Shown here piece after piece: positions 46,947 to 64,000 of a stretch of DNA of 64,000 nt (the stretch's first letter is position 1; each line of letters starts with the position of its first letter). Source of the stretch: Escherichia phage BEU42. Under the pieces are notes generated by a model. It was not told where the DNA came from. It made no database searches and saw only the letters and a program-made list of their open reading frames with translations. The stretch lies in sequence record OM632669.1, one strand, 5' to 3'. The position numbers were made by a program, and so were the translations under genes.

Positions 46947-48164
46947 TTATAGGCCGTTCAGCCGAGGTAGTTTCATAAAGTCCTCGTCACTCATTGCAAG
47001 AGGATTAACAAGGACTTCTGTCTTACGCGGTGTAACCCGTGATGGGGATGCCGCTGCTGCCTGTTGAGTATTAGTGATTTCAGACTTAGGAGTTGCAACA
47101 CGAGTTGCTACTGGCTGAACCACTGGTTTAGGTTGTTCAACAGGTTTCTGCTTAATCAAATCATTAAAACCACCATTAGCAGCAAGGTAGTTACCGACTT
47201 GATTATAAGCATCCAGGAATGCTGTACCGATTGGGATTTGGCCTAAGATTTTGAGTCGTTCAATTTCAGAAACAATACGGTCGTAAATACCGTTAGCTTT
47301 CTGTTCAACGATGGTATTAACCAGACCACGATTTTCCAGCAATGCCTGTTTGCTGTGGTCATCCCACGTAGTCGAAATTAACTGAAGAGTAGCTTGTCCT
47401 TCTGGAGTGGATTTAGCATCTTCCAGTTCGGTTGCAAATGCTGCTTCAGCATCTGACACACGGTGATTACCAGCTTGGTATTTAACTTCCTCTTCCGGAT
47501 TAATATCCAGAACATCAATACCAGATTCTTTAACCAACTTCTTAATAGCATCAGGATTCCCTTTAACTAAATCGATAGCATAAGAGAGTTGCCCTTCATC
47601 TAATAATCCGTTGTTTTCTAACATCAGGAGATACTTACGATACGGCTGAATCTCCTGCATTTTACGGGTATAGTTAGCTCCCATTTGCATCAGGCTAATG
47701 ACCTCTTCAGGACTTTGAGGAGTAATCATTTTGCCGTTAGCTTTAAACGGAGCCATTATCCGTTCATAACCAGCCTTATAGTCGAAGTCAGTTTTCTGGT
47801 CTGATACCTGCTTGTCTTCTTCTACTTTTGCTTGGCCTTGCTCAGTAGTAGAAGGTGCATTATCAGTAGCAGGCTTACTGTTGCTGTCAACCTTATTTGG
47901 GTCAACTGTAGCACTATCATTACCAGTTGTGAATGCATCTGAATTGCTTTCTGATTCAGAAGTATTTTCTACTTCAGTTGGTTCAGTAGTTACTTCTGGT
48001 TCATCAGTTTGTTCAACTTCAACAATTGGGTCTGGTTGTGCAGGAGTATTATTTTCTACCGGTTCCGGGTTGTTCTGAATGCTTGATGGACCAGGCATGT
48101 TCAGAATCTCTTCATCCGACATTTTAAAAATGTCGGAAGCTGTTTTTGCAGCTTCCGTAGTCAT
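46947..48164 (-). CDS. scaffolding-like protein candidate
   Basis: 405 aa; acidic, low-complexity N-terminal half; immediately upstream of capsid gene. Confidence 0.3.
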   Translation of the reverse strand: MTTEAAKTASDIFKMSDEEILNMPGPSSIQNNPEPVENNTPAQPDPIVEVEQTDEPEVTTEPTEVENTSESESNSDAFTTGNDSATVDPNKVDSNSKPATDNAPSTTEQGQAKVEEDKQVSDQKTDFDYKAGYERIMAPFKANGKMITPQSPEEVISLMQMGANYTRKMQEIQPYRKYLLMLENNGLLDEGQLSYAIDLVKGNPDAIKKLVKESGIDVLDINPEEEVKYQAGNHRVSDAEAAFATELEDAKSTPEGQATLQLISTTWDDHSKQALLENRGLVNTIVEQKANGIYDRIVSEIERLKILGQIPIGTAFLDAYNQVGNYLAANGGFNDLIKQKPVEQPKPVVQPVATRVATPKSEITNTQQAAAASPSRVTPRKTEVLVNPLAMSDEDFMKLPRLNGL

Positions 48165-48189
48165 GGGAGTATCTCCGAGTTAGGATTAA

Positions 48190-48537
48190 TTAAACTTCTT
48201 CAGGTTCACCACGAGCAACATCCAATGCATTCTCAATATCTGATTGGACACCTACCAGTGTTTCTGCTTTCTGAAGAGTAATTTCCAGATAACGTTTTAA
48301 ACAACCAGCAGCTTGAGCCATAGCAAGAGCATCAGCACGTTGACGGTCTTCAAGTAATGGGTCACAGGATTCTTGTACATAACGAGCACAGTCTACAGTA
48401 CAGAATTGCTCAAGAATTACTTTACGGAAAAGGGAATTACCCATCAGCTTACGAACATCTTCTGCATAAGCACGAGCAGCTTTAATACCCTTCAGTTGGT
48501 GTTCCAGTCCTTCAATTTCTTTTTCTTTGCTGTACAT
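48190..48537 (-). CDS. hypothetical protein
   Basis: 115 aa. Confidence 0.4.
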   Translation of the reverse strand: MYSKEKEIEGLEHQLKGIKAARAYAEDVRKLMGNSLFRKVILEQFCTVDCARYVQESCDPLLEDRQRADALAMAQAAGCLKRYLEITLQKAETLVGVQSDIENALDVARGEPEEV

Positions 48538-48539
48538 AA

Positions 48540-51323
<2,784 letters not shown>

Positions 51324-51343
<20 letters not shown>

Positions 51344-51950
51344 TACACCTCTCCAGAGGGACATTACCAATACGGTTAGCAATCCATCCTGTAGTGTACT
51401 CAGGCATATTAAGAGATAAATAGTAGTTTAACTGTTTACCATCCAGAGACTTCAAAATGAGCTTACAGGCTTCTACTTTGCCTCGTTTATTCTGAAGGCT
51501 CTTATATGCACTTAGAGTTCCAGAACCGACTTTACCATCAACTTGTATTTTAGGGTAGTCTTTGCCATTTCTGGAGAAAGCATTAAGAGATTCTTGTAAC
51601 CAACGAGATGGTCTTGCAGGTCCAGTATTAACACCAGCATCTACTAGTTTTTCTGTTACCGCCGGTGATACATCTGCAAACTTAACAAAGCCAGGCTTCA
51701 AGATGTAATCGTTGTAATAAATACTTGATGCCATTTCCTGAGTTAAGTTCTTCATTGAACCATCCCAGTTATACATCGACTCTAGTTCTTGCTTATGCTT
51801 TTGAGCAACCTGAATAGTTACACCATGATTAGTTTCACCTCCTGGGTCTTTGGGGTCATTAACGTATCCACCCTCAACAGCAAATACAGCAGCAATGATT
51901 GCTGCAATAACTCCTCCAACACCACCAACTTTCTTCTTACTTATTGCCAC
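51324..51950 (-). CDS. GH108-family lysozyme (N-acetylmuramidase-type endolysin) with N-terminal hydrophobic Gly/Ala-rich segment
   Basis: EGGYVNDPKDPGGETNHGVT matches GH108 signature; GTG start with AAGGAGG 6 nt upstream; residues 8-25 VGGVGGVIAAIIAAVFAV look SAR-like. Confidence 0.7.
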
Positions 51951-52200
51951 ACCAATCCTCCTTTGGTTTCAAACGAACCAGTCGGCAAATAATATTCAGC
52001 ACAAAGAGTGCTATAGCAATGTTATTGCCATGTGGAATATCTTTGAGGATATGTTGGGGTAATGCAGAGAAAGAACTGGATAAGGCATCCACACAAGAGA
52101 AGAACAATATTGCTAATGTGCTAATCTGAATAGATGCCCATTTCCAACAACGTTTCCAATTAGGAACCATTTCCACATGTTTGGTTAACTTGCGAACCAT
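51937..52200 (-). CDS. holin-like protein (2 TM)
   Basis: ATG at 52200 with GGGAGA 7 nt upstream; two hydrophobic helices; directly upstream of endolysin. Confidence 0.35.
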   Translation of the reverse strand: MVRKLTKHVEMVPNWKRCWKWASIQISTLAILFFSCVDALSSSFSALPQHILKDIPHGNNIAIALFVLNIICRLVRLKPKEDWCGNK

Positions 52201-52517
52201 GCAAAAATCTCCCGTCTGGCAGCAGCCAGTATACCAATAATGATACCTGCTCCAGCCCATACCCATTTACCAAACAATCCAGCACCAACAACTTTATGTT
52301 TGATGGTAATGAACTCTTCAATAGTAGGGGCAGACTCAGCCAGAGACTTTTCTACATTCTCCAGTCGAGTGTCCATCTTATTAATAGACAGTTGAAGGTT
52401 ACGTACAGCATCATCTAAATCTTGCCGAGATTTAGCATCACGGGCATTATTTTCGAAGAGTGTCTTCATACGTTCCTCCATTCGAGCTAGGAGCACCTCT
52501 ACGGATTCATGACTCAT
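52185..52517 (-). CDS. membrane-anchored coiled-coil protein (lysis regulator candidate)
   Basis: 110 aa; N-terminal helical region, C-terminal TM VVGAGLFGKWVWAGAGIIIGILAAA. Confidence 0.35.
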   Translation of the reverse strand: MSHESVEVLLARMEERMKTLFENNARDAKSRQDLDDAVRNLQLSINKMDTRLENVEKSLAESAPTIEEFITIKHKVVGAGLFGKWVWAGAGIIIGILAAARREIFAWFAS

Positions 52518-52529
52518 GCTAAATCCTTA

Positions 52530-52554
52530 TTGAAAAAGCCGGGTATCCCCGGCT
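52530..52554 (-). terminator. rho-independent terminator (minus strand)
   Basis: 7-bp stem agccggg/cccggct; on minus strand followed by TTTTTC. Confidence 0.5.
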
Positions 52555-52620
52555 CTGTTAGTCCTAATGAACAGAGAGTGTGTTTATACACCCGTCAAAT
52601 AGTACCGATATTTACTAGTA

Positions 52621-53877
<1,257 letters not shown>

Positions 53878-53906
53878 TTAATACCCCCATTGCTGGGGGT
53901 TCCTTG

Positions 53907-60480
<6,574 letters not shown>

Positions 60481-62073
60481 TCACACAATATATGAAGAGA
60501 GTGGGTTAACACTTCCAGTATCATCACCATCATCCCACAATGGGTCACCTGATGTATTAACTGGAACCATACCTGCTTGTGGTTTCCACGGGTTCAGGTA
60601 GCCAAGCATTGAAATGGTATCAATACAGTCATCCTTACCTTTAAGACCATTGATAGTGGCTAAACGAATTTGCCCCATAAAGAGTGTCATGATTGGGCTA
60701 TCTTTCATCTCAGCAGGAAAATACATCTTACCAGCTTTGAACCAGGGAACCACGAGGTTAAACCTTGATAGCTTACTGGTTACAGGATGAATACCCGGTT
60801 GGCCTCCACGACTGGATGCAAAGTTAAAGAACACATTACGGTTAAGCATTTCCTTCTGAAGAAGAGAAATAAAACCACCTTGCTGTCCGGTAGTTTCTAC
60901 ACCAACTTGTTGTGGTTGGTATTCCTGAACCAGACGGAATAAGTCATCAAAGTTCTTATCCATAGTTTGACGGCAAGCAATACCATCTACCCAGAACCAG
61001 TCACCGTTAGAACCATATGCCCATACTGATATTACAGAGTAGTCAGATACCTGCTTCTCACTAGTAGCAAAGTCAGTAGTGATATAAAAGTTATAACAAG
61101 AACGTAGACGTAATAGCTGCGTACGGGAATACCATTTAATCTCTGAATCTTGAATCAGACGTTCATCTTCAGAGCTGATACGTAACATCAATTCCTGATA
61201 AAAGGATGCCAGCTTACCTGTCTTCAATGCCATCTGGTATTGGTCATTGATGTAGTCATAGGAGAAACGGTCTTCCCAAGCACCTTGAAATTCTTCTCGC
61301 GTACATGGGAATTTCTCACATACAGGCCATACGTTGACATCCCAAGCACCGGATTCAACTGCTTCAATAAGAATATCTTCCTTATTAAAGGGAGTACCAT
61401 TAAAGATTACCTTACGTCTTGTTGGGTCGAGAGCATGGTTCACACCCTTATATACCGTGTCTTTAATGGCTTCCATTGATGTACGTGAGCGAGCATCATC
61501 ATCACTAACTAAGTCATCCAGTACACACAGAACAGGACGTTTACCAAAAATCTTAGTACCGCGAAGACCCGTCTTAGCACCAAACATCTTCACACCAAGA
61601 CGGTGACCTTCAGCATTTACAAACTCAAGGTAGTTATCTGTGAAGGTAGCTTTAGGAATCCATTGTTGCAGGAATGGTGAATTGTTGTATCGAAACTCAA
61701 TGTTCTTACGGGCAGACTTAACACCGTTATCCATAGAGTCAGACACATAAATCATTCCTTCTACTTTACCCAAGCTAGGTAGATGCCCAAACACTGCTAA
61801 GAACAAAGTAAAGTATTCCATGAACAGAGTTGTCTTTGCTGCACCACGGAAACATAAGTTAGCAATGTACTGATTCTTACTGGTTATCTTATCCAGCATT
61901 TTTAAGTGAACAGGAGGGGTTTTGTTTGATTCCCCCTCCTTACCATTAACCAGCTTAATAAAGTTAGCAAAGGTCAGTGCAAACTCGGTTGGTATATACG
62001 TAGGGGTATTCAGAACGGAATAGTCCACTTGGTCTAGCCATTCATCCAACTCCTGTTTAATTAGTTCAGACAT
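60481..62073 (-). CDS. terminase large subunit
   Basis: ORF track start 62115; ATG at 62073 (MSELIKQ...) lies 4 nt after upstream stop with GAGGA upstream; Walker A-like FRGAAKTT, Walker B VLCVLDDL, acidic nuclease region. Confidence 0.65.
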   Translation of the reverse strand: MSELIKQELDEWLDQVDYSVLNTPTYIPTEFALTFANFIKLVNGKEGESNKTPPVHLKMLDKITSKNQYIANLCFRGAAKTTLFMEYFTLFLAVFGHLPSLGKVEGMIYVSDSMDNGVKSARKNIEFRYNNSPFLQQWIPKATFTDNYLEFVNAEGHRLGVKMFGAKTGLRGTKIFGKRPVLCVLDDLVSDDDARSRTSMEAIKDTVYKGVNHALDPTRRKVIFNGTPFNKEDILIEAVESGAWDVNVWPVCEKFPCTREEFQGAWEDRFSYDYINDQYQMALKTGKLASFYQELMLRISSEDERLIQDSEIKWYSRTQLLRLRSCYNFYITTDFATSEKQVSDYSVISVWAYGSNGDWFWVDGIACRQTMDKNFDDLFRLVQEYQPQQVGVETTGQQGGFISLLQKEMLNRNVFFNFASSRGGQPGIHPVTSKLSRFNLVVPWFKAGKMYFPAEMKDSPIMTLFMGQIRLATINGLKGKDDCIDTISMLGYLNPWKPQAGMVPVNTSGDPLWDDGDDTGSVNPLSSYIV

Positions 62074-62758
62074 CAATAATATCCTCGTCTTCTCGAACCA
62101 GTGTGGAACCTGCAATTACTTTAGTAGGTGTACCAGCTTCAATAGCTGCTTTCTGAGCTTCAGCCAACTGGGTTAGTGTATTCTTGAGTTCAGTCAATCC
62201 AGAGTTTTCTCTCAAATCCAGATTGATATTAGTAACAGCATCCTTCGGTTTCTGGAGGTGAGTAAGGATAGAGTTGGCAGCATCACACTGTACCTTCTCA
62301 CTGGTAGCATTCTTCATGAGCCATGCCTGATGGTTCAATGCTTCCTGAAACAAATCCTGATTAACAATCCATACTGGAATCAGTGATTGTTCCATAATGA
62401 GGTTTACTAACTTACCTCTATGGTAAGCAGATACATAAGCAGAGATGTCCTTCTCACTGGTTCCTCTTGCTACTAATTCAGCTTGTCTGTTGGGGAATGT
62501 TTTGAAATAAGCATCTTTGTTACTATACCCCATGTGTTTGTAAGTAACATATTGAACAGCATTAAGATAATCCTGGGTCTTAAACTTCCCATCCTTCATC
62601 ACCCCAGCATAAGTCACAAAGTTATTTCTAATTTGCTCTGCTGCTGTCTGGTCTTGGGTCACATTGTTAATCATGTTTACCAGTTGGTCAGTAACACTGC
62701 TTTTAAACTGGGGAGGCAATGCAGAAACAATGTCTTTCTTAGTCAGTAGTGTGCTCAT
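62066..62758 (-). CDS. first gene of late operon; small terminase candidate by position only
   Basis: 230 aa immediately upstream of large terminase; no motif recognised. Confidence 0.3.
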   Translation of the reverse strand: MSTLLTKKDIVSALPPQFKSSVTDQLVNMINNVTQDQTAAEQIRNNFVTYAGVMKDGKFKTQDYLNAVQYVTYKHMGYSNKDAYFKTFPNRQAELVARGTSEKDISAYVSAYHRGKLVNLIMEQSLIPVWIVNQDLFQEALNHQAWLMKNATSEKVQCDAANSILTHLQKPKDAVTNINLDLRENSGLTELKNTLTQLAEAQKAAIEAGTPTKVIAGSTLVREDEDIIDV

Positions 62759-62885
62759 AGTCTTCCTACAAATTATCTAGAGTGAAGAGGATTCTTTTCT
62801 TGGGGTTAGCACCCCTTGCAGAAACCTATACATAGATTTAGACTTTAGACTTTCTTTAGTCTCCTTACAATAGTAAGACAGAGAC

Positions 62886-63227
62886 ATGGGGAGCCTATTG
62901 CCCAAAGGAACCAGTAACATGAGGCTATTCTATAGTTTTGACGGTAATGACCAATGGAATGAGATAGACTTCAGTAAAATAGGTGGAGCTATCCCAGTTG
63001 GAGGGGCTATACCAGGTGACCATATCTTATGTCACGATGAGGAGTCTTTCCATTACATCTCAGGTATGATGTTAATCAATAACGTCACTGGGTTTACTGT
63101 CCATAAACCTGCACCAGTACGTGTCATTACCAAGCCTATCGAGGGTCTTGCATTCTTTACAAGAATACCTCAAAGTATCTCTATCAAACGACAGCGTGAC
63201 GCCATCGAGATGACCGTGGTTGCTTGA
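62886..63227 (+). CDS. hypothetical protein
   Basis: 113-aa ORF with ATG; weak RBS. Confidence 0.35.
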   Translation: MGSLLPKGTSNMRLFYSFDGNDQWNEIDFSKIGGAIPVGGAIPGDHILCHDEESFHYISGMMLINNVTGFTVHKPAPVRVITKPIEGLAFFTRIPQSISIKRQRDAIEMTVVA

Positions 63228-63390
63228 TAAGCCATTGCCCGCCCAGGAGTTGGTGGCGGGAAACAGGGAACTGTTTGAATAACCACTTCAGCTACATTCA
63301 CCTATCTCCAAGACACCTTTGTTATCTGCCATTGGGTGATGAGTAGTATCAGAGAGAACTGATTTAACAAACACACTCGGTATAGGAATT

Positions 63391-63416
63391 GGGAGCCATT
63401 TGGCTCCCTTTTTCTT
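63391..63416 (+). terminator. rho-independent terminator
   Basis: stem gggagcc/ggctccc then TTTTTCTTTT. Confidence 0.55.
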
Positions 63417-63437
63417 TTATGAACCAAGGAGTTCTAT

Positions 63438-63770
63438 ATGAACATTCGTCCTAATGAAGTCTATGGTATCAACCTAGAGTACACTACAAACAAACCTGCT
63501 CTATTTCACTGTGGTTCCACCAATCTATTCCATGCTATGTGTGGTAATACCAAACCTCTTTACTTACCTGAATCGGATGATACCCATGCTCTACTAGGTA
63601 ACTGGTTCTTAGAAGGTAAAGACATTAGTACCATTCTTCTTGAACCAAGGAAGAAAGTGGCAATACCTACTAATGCATGGAATAACGAAGTCATTTACTT
63701 CCTGGCACCAAAAGGCTTTGAACCAGTGGTAGAACAGAATCACTTTAATCATGCCCTTCTCTACAGATAA
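63438..63770 (+). CDS. hypothetical protein
   Basis: 110-aa ORF; AAGGAG 6-7 nt upstream of ATG. Confidence 0.45.
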   Translation: MNIRPNEVYGINLEYTTNKPALFHCGSTNLFHAMCGNTKPLYLPESDDTHALLGNWFLEGKDISTILLEPRKKVAIPTNAWNNEVIYFLAPKGFEPVVEQNHFNHALLYR

Positions 63771-63910
63771 TTTCCCTGAAGAACCTGATTATGTAATTTC
63801 ATTTATTTATGACTTACATGATGGCTCAGAACCAAGTGAATTGGCTATGAGTCAATGGAAATCCAGAAGACCTGTATATGCATTTCAGGTAGTTAAATCA
63901 AGGAGTTAAC

Positions 63911-64000
63911 TATGTTAGGTGATAACACTAATGCTCTGTTTGGGGTGTCAGCCAGACCTATTATCATTGTTAATAAACATCATGGTAAAAAGGGTGAATA
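63911..64000 (+). CDS. hypothetical protein, 5' fragment running off window end
   Basis: ATG at 63911 with AAGGAG upstream; open to window end. Confidence 0.3.

Noticed and set aside
62759-63437. N4-type hairpin promoters for the virion RNA polymerase
   Set aside because: Hairpins are present (e.g. ggggt-tagc-acccc; aaacag-ggaa-ctgttt) but loops are 4 nt rather than the 3-nt loop I recall for N4 early promoters, and I cannot reproduce the consensus reliably from memory.
63751-63894. 47-aa ORF overlapping the end of the 63438-63770 gene
   Set aside because: No RBS, start embedded in the upstream gene, and no distinctive composition; insufficient support.

Overview
This window reads as most of the genome of an N4-like podovirus (Schitoviridae-type layout); that identification rests on gene content, order and sizes, not on any database search. 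Coordinates of small RNA and hairpin features are approximate (about 1-2 nt). Layout: (1) 1-28454, plus strand: middle/replication genes, including a GHKL ATPase (rIIA-like), an Ig-like protein, an SPFH lipoprotein, two HNH endonucleases, a MoxR AAA+ ATPase with a VWA partner, dCTP deaminase, ThyX, a MazG-like protein, a Dda-like helicase, a family-A DNA polymerase split by an HNH endonuclease gene, a primase-like protein and an SSB candidate. (2) about 26.4-27.5 kb: a non-coding block with four canonical tRNAs (Asn-GTT, Ser-TGA, Thr-TGT, Pro-TGG) plus tRNA-like and long-stem structured elements. (3) 28489-62758, minus strand: the late module, with a giant 3500-aa virion RNA polymerase ORF, virion proteins, major capsid, portal, a lysis cassette (GH108 muramidase, holin-like protein, nested spanins), tail proteins and large terminase. 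(4) 62886-64000, plus strand: a few small ORFs. The leads I would follow first are the split DNA polymerase, a DUF2829 (Tad2-like) candidate anti-defence gene just after the tRNA block, the extra structured RNAs in the tRNA cluster, and an SPFH lipoprotein paired with a small membrane protein. No integrase, CRISPR array or lysogeny module was seen.
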